The notes: generated by a model from the letters alone, not told the origin. A stretch of 63,469 nucleotides of DNA, filler included, from Octopus bimaculoides (GCF_001194135.2; 4 parts of 3 records of this genome joined end to end with filler, not necessarily neighbours in it); one strand, 5' to 3'; counted from the first letter of the whole stretch, positions 26,319 through 39,781 are shown. Numbers and translations are program-made.

Positions 26319-28743
26319 GTATATATATGTATTTGTTATTTATGTCTGTCTGTCTCCACCACCATCACCTGAAAACCGATGTTTGTGTGTTTATGTCCCC
26401 ATCACTTAGAGGTTCAGCAAAAAGAGTCTGACTGAATAAGTATTAGGCTTACAAAGAATAAGTCCTGGGGTCGATTTTTTTTTTTACTAAAGGCAGTGCT
26501 CCAGCATGGCTGCAGTTGGATGGTTGGAGCAGGTAAAGAGATTTCTCTTTAACTAATGGAAAGGTCTAACTTTGACAATGAGGTTAGAACATTAAGCTGA
26601 GTTAATTCCAGTACTTATTTTATTTTCTATTTGTTGCTTTCCATTTCACTGTAACCCTCTCAGTCAACACAAATCCTTGTATTGCAAGCTGCACAGCAAC
26701 CTGACTAATGTTGGTACCATAAATAAAAGCGCCCAGTACACTTTATAAAGTGGTTGGTGATAGGAAGAGCATCCAGCTATAGAAACCATGCCAAAACAGA
26801 CACTGGAGCACAACAATGCAAGACCTTACACCCATCAGATCCTGTCAAATCAACCAACCCAATCCAGCATGGAATGTATACATTAAATGTTGATAGTGGT
26901 GGTGGTGGTGGTGGTGATGATGTTGATAATGATGATGATGACTAAAGACAGCCTAAGATGTCTCCTTAGATGGGACTAGAAAACATACAAGGACGTATTT
27001 AGCATGTCATTTTGTTGTTTCTGCCATCTCACTATTCTCACTAAATTGATTTATTAGTTAGCCACAAGGGTAAATTCCAACACAGAAAATGTATAATCAG
27101 TCGACTCCAGCTTGTTACGGATATTTATGTTATCCACCTCGTTAATTGGTATTTATCTTATCCATCTGAGAGAGTTGAATAGGATGTATAAACTTGGAAT
27201 GCAGAAGAGCAAAACAACTATAAAATATTTAGTAAACCTCTGCATATGTTTAATATAATTAAAACACAGCCCTTATTTTTCTTTCCATGTATTCATTAAT
27301 TAATTTGTGCATTTGCAAGAATTGTTACCGTGCACAGATGAATGCATTTATTAACAATAATTATTCGGTCATGAAATTGTGTATTTTAATCACAACTGAA
27401 TTGAGTGCATCAAGAAGACTAATGTGCTTTGCTCAAGGGTTGAAATTTGCTTCAGGAATCTATTTCAAGCTTTGTATGATGGTAATGTCTGGAAGGAAAA
27501 TGAGACCAAAATGGAAATTACAAAGTATCATGAGAAAAGATCTAAGCAGCAAGAACATTTTGAACAATATACTAAGGCTAATAAAACCTATGATAATAAC
27601 TAATTGTGTGGATGTGAGACCAAGGTATGCTCTAACAAAACAAAAAACTTTCAGCTGAAATTGTCAGCATTCAAAATTAGATGATTTTGTAGAACACTTG
27701 GCTTTACATAGAAGGACTATCAGATAAACCAGCCAGTCTTAGAACAATTTAATATGTTGGTTGGGAGGAGAGAAGGATTCATAGAAAGAGTTAGAAGAAA
27801 AATGTAGTGGTGTAGTAATTTACAATTACAAGCATATTTAAAAAAATAGAAAGTTATAATAGAAGGCAACCAAAAAGAGATTAACTCACTGATACTGAGA
27901 CATAAATTAGGGTTAGGGTAGATACTGAGACATAGAAATCCCAAGATTGATGGGGGTGAAAATTATTGGTAAAAAAATTCATATTGACAGAAACACTAAG
28001 GAAATGATTTGAGTCTGATGGACATTATACAGTCTTCTGAAATGTTTTAGTTCAGTTTTATTGGCTGTTTTAATGTAAGTTATCAACCAAAATGATTGTT
28101 CTTTGCTTATATTTTAATATGTTCTATCCACTTATAAAAGTAAACATTCTAGGATCACAGCAAATTTGGAAAAATCTCAAGTAAAGTCAAAATTAGGTGA
28201 TCATTCAATTGACAGCATATACTTCCATAAAATTTGGTTTTGATTCCTAATACCTGTTGAACAGGACTAAATATACCAAAGTTGTTGATGGTTATCTTAA
28301 GAATAAATTTGTAAATACATATTTACATAAAAACAATGTCTCAGGATGAATATAAAATGTGTATGAAAGAAGGAAAAGTTCACCACTCAGTGGGAGTTTC
28401 TCTTTGTACATGACCTGGTCTTAATGTTTTCTCAATGAAATTCATATCATATTAATGTCTTTATATTTACACTCTCTACCTTTCAAGATCATCTTTATCT
28501 TAGTTCCTGCAGTTTGTGCCTCACTCTTGTTTTGATTTTAACTCAGTTGAGAGACCACATTCATATTCTGTTATTTGATGTTCAGAGAGAAATGTTGGTT
28601 TGTGTTTCACCTGGTGCTCACATTTTTATTCCCTTTTACCCACAAAACTGATTTTTTTTTTTTAAATGTATATAAGGCTAAATATATTTTATGTAGCTCA
28701 CCTAAAGAAATTGTTTTTTCTTTTTTTTTTTTATTGTTCACAG

Positions 28744-28966
28744 ATTTACCAAAACCATTTCAAAAAGCCTTCCATTATTTATGGTGCTAGCATGGATCTT
28801 TTCTGTTGCAATGATAGTAAAAAGTGTCGTTTATGAGAAGGAAAAACGTTTGAAAGAAGTGATGAAGATTATGGGTTTAAAGAACAACGTTTACTGGATA
28901 TCTTGGTTTATTGATGCCTTTGTAATCATGATGTTGTCGGTGATACTTCTAGTTATAACATTGAAG
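28744..28966 (+). CDS. ABCA1-like: ABCA-family lipid transporter, exon A (TMD1)
   Basis: FTKTISKSLPLFMVLAWIFSVAMIVKSVVYEKEKRLKEVMKIMGL...LVITLK. AG acceptor at 28742-43, GC donor (AAG|GCAAGT). 223 nt. Confidence 0.93.
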
Positions 28967-29592
28967 GCAAGTAGTGTTTAATCCTCAGCAAGCTTCTCAA
29001 ACCTGCTAAACTGAAGCTAGCAAATAAATCTTTTTCTTTAAAATAACAGTTTTTGTTGTAGATTAGTTTTAACTTTTTTTCTTGTATTTCAGTACTATGC
29101 TGTTTAATTTTATAATTTTAAAAAATCACTAATTAGTATAAACATAATAAATAAGATGCATTTGTCAATAACAGATTAGTCTTATTAATGTCACGTAAAT
29201 GCATTTCTAAGCATGTTATGATTTGTGCCATACACTGCAAGTTGATGAGATATTTGTTTAGTATTGAATGCCTCTATGCCATACAGCAGACTGTTGTACC
29301 TGATCAGCATACCTGTTTACAACTAGAGTAACTAATCTAGTGAGAGTTAAGTGTCCTGACCATAGACATTGCACAAAACTAGCAAGAGTATTTAAACTCT
29401 CACTCTTTAGCCCTTTTGAGACTAAACTGCTCATAATTGCCCTTGGTTTTATAGTACAGACTCCCTGTTTTAAAGTGATCTAAATTAAAATTTCCTATTA
29501 ATTTATGTTCCAAATATTAGTTTATAAATGACAAACTTATTTCACTATTGTAATGTCTGTCACCAGAACATATCAAAAGATATTCATATACA

Positions 29593-29990
29593 GGCGTAGG
29601 AGTGGCTGTGGTAAGTAGCATGCTTATGATCCACATGGTCCCGGGTTCAGTCCCACTGCGTGGCACCTTGGGCAAGTGTCTTCTACTATAGCCTTGGGCC
29701 GACCAAAGCCTTGTGAGTGGATTTGGTAGATGGAAACTGAAAGAAGCCCGTCGTATATATGTATATATATATATATGTGTGTATGTGTCTGTGTTTGTTC
29801 CCCCAACATCGCTTAACAACTGATGCTGGTGTGTTTACATCCCTGCAACTTAGTGGTTCAGCAAAAGAAACCGATAGAATAAGTACTTGGCATACAAAGA
29901 GTAAGTCCTGGGGTCAATTAGCTCGACTAAAAAGGCGGTGCTCCAGCATGGCCACAGTCAAATGACTGAAACAAGTAAAAGAGTAAAGAG
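29593..29990 (+). mobile_element. tRNA-headed SINE with internal (TA)n(TG)n; relatives at ~26095, 34090, 37030(-), 48865, 54211, 60230
   Basis: Head GTGGCTGTG(T)GGTAAG...GGTTCAGTCCCAC; tail GCGGTGCTCCAGCATGG...GACTGAAACAAGTAAAAGAG. Confidence 0.88.
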
Positions 29991-30631
29991 AATAGGTTTT
30001 ATGTCAGTTTGACAATGAACTAACAGTTGCAAATAACTAAATAAATAATTATGAAAAAAGAGAAAAAAACTATGTCACTAAGTAAAAACGGAGGTACAGA
30101 AGGTGGTGTTGACAAGGAATTGTGTTTAAAAATATGTTGTTCTGTTAAATTCCTTAATTTTGTTTTCAAATTGAACTACTATTAAAAGTCTCAAACAGAT
30201 ATGTTTGTACTGCATTAATTTATGTAAAGGCTCATATATTAATATCTAAAGTGTCAATCACATGTAACTGCATATGATTAATATGAATTAGGCTATCAGT
30301 CTCTAAAAGCAAGTTGAGTATGACTACCTAATGCTATAATCAAATTTGATCAATATCTAATCATATTAGACTTAGAAATCAAAATATGCCAACAACTATT
30401 ATCTACTTTCAATTCATAAAAATAAATTCAAAATACCAAAACACAATTGTTGTTTCCTTCTGGGAAAATCACGATATGCTTTTCTTAAAAAAATTCTTAT
30501 TCTCCTCTTCTATCTCTATTAAGGGACAACAATTTCACCATTCTTTTAGGATCAATAAAATAAGTACCAGTTGAGCACTTGGGTTGATGTAACACCCTCC
30601 CCCAAAATTGCCACCTTGTGTGATTTGAAAC

Positions 30632-30799
30632 TCTTCTTCTCCTCCTTCTTCTTCTTCTTCTTCTTCTTCTTCTTCTTCTTCTTCTTCTTCTTCTTCTTCT
30701 TCTTCTTCTTCTTCTTCTCCTTCTCCTTCTTCTTCTCCTTCTTCTTCTTTTCCTCCTCCTTCTTCTTCTTCTTCTTTTTCTTCTTCTTCTTCTTCTTCA
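30632..30799. repeat. (CTT)n trinucleotide tract
   Basis: About 56 units; explains the poly-K and poly-F ORFs in the track. Confidence 0.97.
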
Positions 30800-30964
30800 T
30801 TTTGGGGACTTAGGTTGTTAGTACTTCTACTTCTTTTGAATTTACACTCTCTTATATTATAAATTCATCAGTTAATATAAAAATGTGTTCTTATGACTAC
30901 AAATATTTCTCCAATAAATTCAACTTCTTTTCATTCTTTTTTTTTTTTTTTTTTTACATTTCAG

Positions 30965-31186
30965 GGTGGTCATGTGATTGAACATTCAGATGCTGGTTTG
31001 CTCTTCTTATTCATGCTCTGCTTCTGTATATCAACCATTTCACTATGTTTCTTGATCAGTATGTTTTTCTCGCGTGCCAACTTGGCTGCCGTATGTGGAG
31101 GGTTTATCTATTACATAATTTACCTGCCATACAACATGTGTATGCAATGGGAAGATTATATGAATATACATTGGAAAAGATTTGCT
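30965..31186 (+). CDS. ABCA1-like: ABCA exon B
   Basis: GGHVIEHSD...FSRANLAAVCGGFIYYIIYLPY...KRFA. CAG| and |GTAAGT, 222 nt, phase 0-0. Confidence 0.95.
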
Positions 31187-31328
31187 GTAAGTAAAAAACA
31201 AAAAAATTTAAAGTAAATTGTGTAGAAAATTTTTTGGGTTTTTTTTTCAAAATTTCTATTTTAATATCCTTTGGATNNNNNNNNNNNNNNNNNNNNTAAA
31301 AAATTATTATTATTATTAAGATTATTTA

Positions 31329-32420
31329 AGGCAGTGAGTTGGCAGAATTGTTAGCATGCCAGGCAAAATGCTTAGCAGCATTTCATCTGTCTTTACATTT
31401 TGAGTTCAAATTCCACCAAGGTCGACTTTGCTTTTCATCCTTTTGGGGGTCAATAAATTAAGTACCATTTGAACACTGGAGTCGATGTAATTGACTCTCC
31501 CCAGAAATTCCTGGCCTTTTCCCAAAATTTGAAACCATTATTATTATGATTATTTAAAGCAGTGAACTGGTAGAATCGTTAGCACACCAGGCATTTCATC
31601 TGTCTTTATGTTCTGAGTTCAAATTCTGCCGAGGTCGACTTTGCTTTTCTTCCTTTTGAGGTCGATAAATTAAGTACTAGTGAAATACTGGAGACAATGT
31701 AATTGACTGATCTTCTCCCCACTAATTTCAGGCCCTGTGCCTTCAGTAGAAAGGATTAGTGAGCTGGTAGAATTGTTAGCATGCTGATAAAAATGCTTAG
31801 TGGCATTTCATCCATCTTTATGTTCTGAATTCAAATTCCTCTGAGGTCAGCTTTGCCTTTCATCCTTTTGGGGTCAATAGCATAAGTACCAGTTGAACAC
31901 AGGAGTCTATGTAATTGACTTACTCCTTCTCTCCAACTTAGTGGCCTTGTACCAAAATTTGAAACCATTATTATTATGATTATTATTATTATTGTTGGGG
32001 TGGCAAGCTGGCAGAACCATCACCATGATGGGCAAAATACTTAGTGACATTTCTTACAACTTTATATTCTGAGTTCAAATTTCACTGAGGTCGGCTTTAC
32101 CTTTCATCCTTTTGGGGTTGATAAATTAAGTACCAGTTGAGTACTGGGGTTGATGTAATCGACTTACTCCCTCCCGCAAAATTTCAGGCCTTGTGCCTAT
32201 AGTAGAAAAGGTTATTATTATTGGCAAAATCATTAAAGCATTGGAAGAAAATGCTTTGCAGTATTTGTTCTGACTCATTACATTCTGAGCTCAAATTCTC
32301 CCGAGGTCAGCTTCACTTTTTATCCTTTTTGGGTTTGATAAAATAAAGTACCAGTAAAAGTACTGGTATTGACTAAGACCCTCTCTGTCTAGAGTTGCTG
32401 GTTTTGTGCCTAGATCAGAA
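31329..32420 (+). mobile_element. Five head-to-tail SINE copies in an ABCA intron
   Basis: Heads near 31329, 31557, 31758, 31997 and 32221, all with GAG/ATTCAAATT and the CTTT(G/A)C..TTCATCCTTTT-like core. Confidence 0.88.
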
Positions 32421-33830
32421 ACCATTGTTGCTGCTTCTGTATAGAAAATAATTTTATATGATTAATTAGCTCAGGATTTAACTTTAATTACATAACTAAA
32501 AATTATTCATGACAATGTATATTAATTGTTCTGTTCATTATAAAGATTCAGCTTTAAGAGAGACACTAGTTTTGTACACACACATATTAATAATAAAGCT
32601 AGGTTTTACTCCACTGACATTGATATTTGTTACAAACATCTGCTTGTGTTTTTAGGTAGCACCAACACTTCATTAAGACTCACCAACAATTTCACAACAG
32701 CTTAGAATATTAGCCAATGTTTTATTACATGAAAAAACTAATTTAATTAATTAATAAGCAGTTGATAATTGGAATTTTCCAACCACTTCCCATAACCTGT
32801 AGCAGATCAGATATATTTTCACTGCAATCATATTTAGTTCTCCTTGATTCTTAGATTGATGTCAAAAGCCAATGACCTACAATAGTAAATAAGTTAGTGA
32901 GAAAACCTGAAATTTTCTTTATGAATATTTAGTCATTTCAGTTAAGAAATATTTTTTGTCAACTTGGAAAATGATATTTCCAAATAATGTTATTTTTATT
33001 TTCTTATTTAAGACCATAATAATTACTAAAAATGTTTGGTCTAATTTGAATTGCTATAATACCTTTTACTAGATTAAGTAATTTAATTATGCAAATATAT
33101 GTTTATTGCTTTTTATTTCTATGTTCTTTACATCTATAAAAGTTATAGATTACATTCATTTCACGTTGCTCCAGTCCATTCAGTTGTAGAAATGAGTTTA
33201 GCCTGAAGAGAGATGGGCTCTGCCAGGCTTTCTTGACTAAGATACACTGTATGGCTGCAATGCCCCAATGACTCCCAAGGGGTTTAGGGACTTGTCATTG
33301 CTCTCCATGAGACATCAAACTGTAATCACTGCCAGTTTAAGTGTGCAGAGTGGCCACAGATCAAACTGATGGGGAGAAGGACTAGTTGACTGAGTACAGT
33401 ATTTCATAAACAGTTTATTGTTGTTTTACTTTAAACTCTCTGCAAATGTTTTGTCAGGTATTTGAGCAGTACATTTAATTCTGTACCATCTCAGTTCACT
33501 TAATTGTTTGAAACAGACACCAGATCCTCTAGAAATGTTATCTAATATAGACAAGTGTCCTATCTTACACCTGACTCTTTAAACCATGAGAAACATTAAC
33601 AAAAACCAAACTGAAATACGGTATATTTGAAGCTATGGAACTAGGATCCTGTCTATGCTATAATTCATATTATATATTTTGGTCAATTAACATTCAAACA
33701 TAATACTTTTATTATATTCATCATATTAAATGAAAGATACTTTGAATAAAAACCCATGTATAGAAGTAGATTGTATGAAAAAAATTATAATACTGCTTAT
33801 TTAAATAAAATGCTGGATTCTATATTGCAG

Positions 33831-34035
33831 TGTCTCTCTTCCAATGTTGCCTTTGGATTTGGTTGTCACTATATTGCTCGGTTTGAAGAACAAGCAGTCG
33901 GATTACAATGGTCAAATATCAATAGTAGTTCTATGCCAGATGATAAATTTAGCATGCTTCAGTGTATGTTCATGATGCTTCTAGATGCTTCGATATACTT
34001 ACTTCTCAGTTGGTACATTGAAGCTGTGTATCCAG
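33831..34035 (+). CDS. ABCA1-like: ABCA exon C
   Basis: CLSSNVAFGFGCHYIARFEEQAVGLQWSN...MMLLDASIYLLLSWYIEAVYPG. 205 nt, phase 0-1. Confidence 0.95.
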
Positions 34036-34679
34036 GTAATACATAGTTCTAATATATTCTGAAATATTATTTTTGCAGACATGACTATATGGCTAAGAAG
34101 TTTGCTTCCCAATCATGTAGTTTCATGTTCAGTTTCACTGTATGGCACCTTGGGCTTCTACGATAGCCCAGGCCAATAAAAACCTTGTGAATGGATTTGA
34201 TAGACAAAACCTGAAAGAAGCCTGTTGTATATGTGTGTGTGTGTGTGCATATGTATTTATATGATTTACATGTATGTGTGTCTGTATGTGAGTTCATATT
34301 TCCCTCATTTTCACATGTGTTTGCTCACTGGTTGTAAACAATAGCTTCACTGATGTTGTCCTTTGTTTACAATCCACTGCAAAAAGCATATTTGGGATTC
34401 TCAACATGTTACATGACCATTGTAAACAAAAGGCTCTTTCATACAATGTCATCTGTTTCGACTTCTCTGTCTAAAACATTTCTATGTTGTTTGTTGTTTG
34501 ATAGTCTGGGAAATAATTACATTGCTTGGAAACAAGTGAGGGTTTACAACTGGAAGGGCATAAGGCTATAGAAAACTCTTCCCAACATATTCTCATGTGA
34601 ACCTTGCAAACACAGTAAGAGTAGATTTTAAAATGAGGAGGAGGAGGTGCCATTTGTACATTACAACAACAATTTCATT

Positions 34680-34827
34680 TATTTACATTATTTACATTTT
34701 ATGGATATTTCTCCTCATCTTTGTTGTTAACACATTTCGGCTGATATACCCTCCAGCTTTCATGAGGTGTCTTGGGGAAATTTCAAACCTGGGTTCTCAT
34801 TCCTAAGGTATTTTTTCGATGTTGTTG

Positions 34828-34883
<56 letters not shown>

Positions 34884-34972
34884 TCCCCAATGAAACGTGT
34901 TAACAAACAAGATGAGGACAAATATCCGTCAAATGTAAATAATGTACATAATTCCTCATCTCTTAAATATAG
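34680..34972. mobile_element. Short insertion with ~55-bp inverted arms, 15-bp flanking direct repeats and a decayed HHR on the minus strand
   Basis: AACAACAATTTCATT at 34665-34679 and 34973-34987. Arms at ~34684-34738 and ~34892-34946. Minus strand ACAC-CTCATGA-AAGCT..AGCC-GAAA at 34770-34735. Confidence 0.7.
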
Positions 34973-35142
34973 AACAACAATTTCATTATCTTTGATAATT
35001 CTATGAAATTATTCACTACCAAAATTTAAAAGTTAAAAAATTTATAATTTTGAAGAATTCTCTCTAATTACATGCCTGATTTTTATTTCTTTGAATTGTT
35101 GATTTCATTCATTCTTTTTTTTTTTTTGTCTTCTCTCTCAAG

Positions 35143-35268
35143 GAACATATGGTATTCCTCGGAAATGGTACTTCCCTTTCCAGAAATCTTACTGGCTTGG
35201 ATATTCGTATAAATATACTCAAAATGTTTCAATGCGTAAAACCCCAAATGTAGAACTTTCTCAAGAAG
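35143..35268 (+). CDS. ABCA1-like: ABCA exon D
   Basis: (G)TYGIPRKWYFPFQKSYWLG...ELSQE. 126 nt, phase 1-1. Confidence 0.93.
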
Positions 35269-36738
35269 GTTTGTTGTTAAATTTTCTTATGGTTTTGAAT
35301 AATAACACATCATAGAAAATATCATTATACATTCTATGTACATAATTTTATTACTGTTACAAGCATTAAGAAATAACCAAAACTCAGACAACATTCAATG
35401 ATACTGCTCATCTAGCTGTAAATTTGTATAAAGCACAAGTTACATCATAATAACGATTAATGTTTTGGCTCTGTCATTTTCTATCTCACCTGACTATTGA
35501 AGCTTTGTTTAAGTTTGTGTTAACATGTTTAATGTAGCCAAGCTTTTAATCTCACACTACATCCTGTTGGTGTGTGAATAGTCATTCTGTGTTCATTTAA
35601 ATGGCTTTTGAATTTTCATTTTTATGATATCATGATATTTATATGATATGATACATTTTAAAATGTCTTTCATGAACTATCAATTAGTAAAACATTATTT
35701 TGAAATATCCTTCTTATAATGGTTATATCTTTGCCATTTAGAAGTCCTTTGATATGGTAACCAAATAGTTGTTATCTTTCTGCTATGTTTTTTTATTTCT
35801 AATATATCAATTTTGAAATACATTTCATCTTTTATTTTATAAGTTAATTTAAGACAGCTAGTTGGCAGAATCATTAGTAAGTTTGATTTTATGTTGAGCA
35901 GCATTTCTTCTGGCTCTTTATGTCTTTGGTTCAAATTCCACCAAGGTCAACTTTACCTTGATGAAATAAGTATCGATGGACTTTGAGGTCAATAGAATAG
36001 ATTAGCCTTCTCCTTTAAAATTGTTGGCCTTGTGCCAAAATTTGAAACCATTCTGTAAGTTAATATGAAAAGTTGAAGGTAAATGGAAAGATCCCAAATG
36101 CCAGATTAATTTAACTTCCTATATACTTTTATTGTCCCACCCAGTCTACTTTGTAAAGTGATTGACGTTTGGAAGAGCATCCAACCACAAAAACCATACC
36201 AAAGCAGATCTAGCTGATTCTGGTGCCACATAAAAAGCACCCAGTCCATGTGGTTGGCATTGGAAGGACATCCAGCCATAAGAACCATGTCAAATCAGAC
36301 CTAACTGGTGCTGGTGCCTCATGAAAAGCACCCAGTCCACTCAATAAAACCATTGGCATTAAGAATGGCTGCCAACCATGAATACTATGCCAAAACAGAC
36401 AGTGGAGTTGGCACAGTCCTCTGGTTTGCCAGTGCCTGTCAAACTGTCCATCCTATACCAGCTTGGCAGACAGACGATGAATGATAATGATGAAGATGAG
36501 TTTCGAATATTGTTTATTCCTTTACTCAATAGAAGTTATAAGTGATAGTTTACATCTTAGCAGGCCACAGTTATAGAATCATCCTAAAAACTGAAATTAT
36601 TTCAAGAGACAAAATTGCAAATTGTTTCAAGAATGTAATTCTTACTTGATGTTGTGATTTACCAACACATAAATTGTTCATTTATTTCTTGATTTTTTTT
36701 CTTTGTATTATTGTCTTCTTTTTCTTTCAATAATTCAG

Positions 36739-36916
36739 TTTCAGAAAAAATTGAAAAAGTTCCTAACACCTTCAAAGTTGGTGTAGAATTAAAGGATTTA
36801 AAGAAAGTTTACAAAAAAGGACAGCAGCCAGCTGTTGATGGTCTAAGTCTCAAGTTTTATGAGGGTCAAATTACATCTTTTCTTGGCCACAATGGAGCTG
36901 GTAAAACCACAACTGT
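36739..36916 (+). CDS. ABCA1-like: ABCA exon E (NBD1 Walker A)
   Basis: VSEKIE...[28 protein letters not shown]. 178 nt, phase 1-2. An alternative in-frame acceptor lies at 36745. Confidence 0.95.
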
Positions 36917-37833
36917 GTAAGTAATTATATTACAGTGTGCTTACATAAATATATGTTTCTTTTATCTTTCACTTGGTGCTTATTCTATCAGTCCCTTTTG
37001 CCAAGCTGCTAGGTTGCTGGGGATGTAAACACCAACGCTGGTTGTCAAAGAGTGGTGGGGTGGGGCCAAGAGGACAATCACAGACACACATGCATGTGCA
37101 CACACACACACAGACATGCAACAGGCTTCTTTATGTTTCTGTTTATCAAATCCACTTGCAAGGTTTTAGTTGGCCTGTGGCTGTAGTAAAAGACACTTGC
37201 TGAGGGTATCTCATAGTGGGATTGAGCCTGCAACACTGTGGTTGGAAAGTAAACGTCTTATCCACAAAGCTACTGTTTTTTTTTTTTTATTTGACTACTT
37301 AACCCTTTGGATACCCTCCCACTTGAGACTGTCTTTGGTCCTATAATATAAACTTCCTGTATTAAAGTGCTTTGAATTAGAACTTTCCGTCAAATATATT
37401 AATTTACATTCCAAACAGCAGTTCAATAATGACAAAGTTATTTTAATAAAACCATCATAAATTTTTTAATTAATTAAAATAAATTTGTATTTCAAAAGAA
37501 ATATAGTTCCAAAAGGGTTAATGAATATAAGATGATCTGTTATTTAAATATTATTGATGTAATAACAAACTAATGTAGCCTTGATTATCAAAATAGAGAA
37601 GAGTTAAAAGAAAATCACTGCTATTGACCAATCTCCACACTCAGAGAAAAAGTGACCTTTATAAAGATAAAAAGACTAACAACTATAAAAGAATAGGCTA
37701 ATACTACCAATGAATAATTCATAACAGATAATGTCTCATGTATTAGTACCCAGCACTAAAATACCATAAAACTTAAAGTGAACATTCTTCTGATTCATTT
37801 CTATATTTTTAAGATGAGAAATTTATATTAAGT

Positions 37834-38206
37834 TGTTGGCACTCCGTCGCTTATGACATTGAGGGTTCCAGTTGATCCGATCAACGGAACAGCCTGCTCA
37901 TGAAATTAACGTGCAAGTGGTTGAGCAGTCCACAGACACATGTACCCTTAACGTAGTTCTCGGGGTTATTCAGCGTGACAAGGCTGACCCTTTTGAATTA
38001 CAGGCACAACAGAAACAGGAAGTAAGAGTGAGAGAAAGTTGTGGTGAAAGAGTACAGCAGGGTTCGCCACCATCCCCTGCTGGAGCCGTGTGGAGCTTTA
38101 GGTGTTTTCGCTCAATAAACACTCACAACGCCCGGTTTGGGAATCAAAACCGCGATCCTATGACCACGAGTCCGCTGCCCTAACCACTGGGCCATTGCAC
38201 CTCCAC
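37834..38206 (-). mobile_element. Full-length SINE with 11-bp TSD
   Basis: TSD TTATATTAAGT at 37823-37833 and 38207-38217; same family as 44279. Confidence 0.9.
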
Positions 38207-38632
38207 TTATATTAAGTATACTGTTTATATAAGTCAAGACTTTTATCTCCCACATAGAGATAAAAATTGAATGATTAAGGGGTCACTATTTGAAAATATT
38301 CAAAGGAACTCTTAAGACTAGTCACTCTGTTGGGTTTGTGTGATCAGAGAATTTTTCACACTGGCAGCTATGGACAGTGTGCAAGCTGTAATGAGTCATG
38401 TGGTGTGAAAAATGTGAGCCTGAAACAGGTTTTCTTGTGCTTATTTATATATTTATTTTGGGTGTTGAATTGGAAGCAAAATATCTGGCAAATAGGGCAG
38501 TTTTATCTGAGGAAGTGCTACTAAATGAAGAATAGTTGTTGGGAGAATTCCACAACAATTATTTTTGAAATTGATTGTGTTTATAATTTTCATTGTATAT
38601 TTTTTTTTATATCAATTTTCATTTTATCTCAG

Positions 38633-38764
38633 ATCAATTTTAACTGGTCTATTTCCTCCAACTGATGGAACTGCAATTATTTATGGCAAAGATGTCAGAT
38701 GTGATATTGATGACATCCGAAAAAATCTCTCAGTCTGTCCTCAGTTTAATGTTTTATTTGATTT
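38633..38764 (+). CDS. ABCA1-like: ABCA exon F
   Basis: [43 protein letters not shown](L). 132 nt, phase 2-2. Confidence 0.95.
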
Positions 38765-39506
38765 GTAAGTATTGTTTTGTTTTGCTATATCTTAATTCAG
38801 TTACAAGCAAAATGTATCTCAATAAAGTAACATTTTATTTTTAATACCTAAATTTTATGCATCAAGATCATTCTCATTAAGTTCACTTTGGAAATAGTAG
38901 TGGTAAAATTGGTAAACTGAGCTACGGTTACAAAAAAAGCATTTATTAACTTAAAAAATACTTTTTAATTAAAAGATACTTCTACTGTTTACAATAGTGA
39001 GTGTGTAAAAAGTCTAATACTCAACAATTTTGTCAATACAACAGCAGTAAGTATATGATGTGTTGAGACCACAACCTCTTTAGGATAGTCTAATTGTTAA
39101 TATTTCATTTCACTTATATCGCAAATATCCATGGGAAAGATATGAAAATCATGAATTTCATTACCTTTATCTCTCTTGTCAGCTAAAATAATTCATCATC
39201 ATCATCGTCATTTTCATTATCACCACCCCACTGCTCTCTTCACCCTCATCATCATTATAACATCCACTTTTCCATGCTTGCCTGGTTCAGTCAAAATTCA
39301 TTGAGGCAGACTTTCTAAGGCTGCATTTCCTTCCTGCAACACCCTCTATTTGTTTCCAAGCAAGATAATTTTCCCTCATGGCTGAACATGTTTTCACATA
39401 AGATTGGAAATGAAGGACACATTTATAACTATCTCGTGATGTCAAGACAATTAGACAAACACACACAGTCATCAACATAAACAGATATACACTTGTGTGT
39501 GTGTGT

Positions 39507-39543
<37 letters not shown>

Positions 39544-39750
39544 AAACTATATATATATAAAACTATATATTTATATAAAACTATATATTTATATATATTT
39601 TATATATATAAAATATTTATATTATATTTATATATACAAAACTATATATTCATATATATTTTACTCTCTGAAACTTAATTTAAAATTTTAATTGAGTTTT
39701 TACTTGTAATTTTGGATTTTATCCCTAATATTATTATTATTATTATATAT

Positions 39751-39781
<31 letters not shown>

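Noticed and set aside
27287-27658. 123-aa ORF upstream of ABCA exon A
   Set aside because: No ABCA motifs or credible splice pairing; likely a chance ORF.
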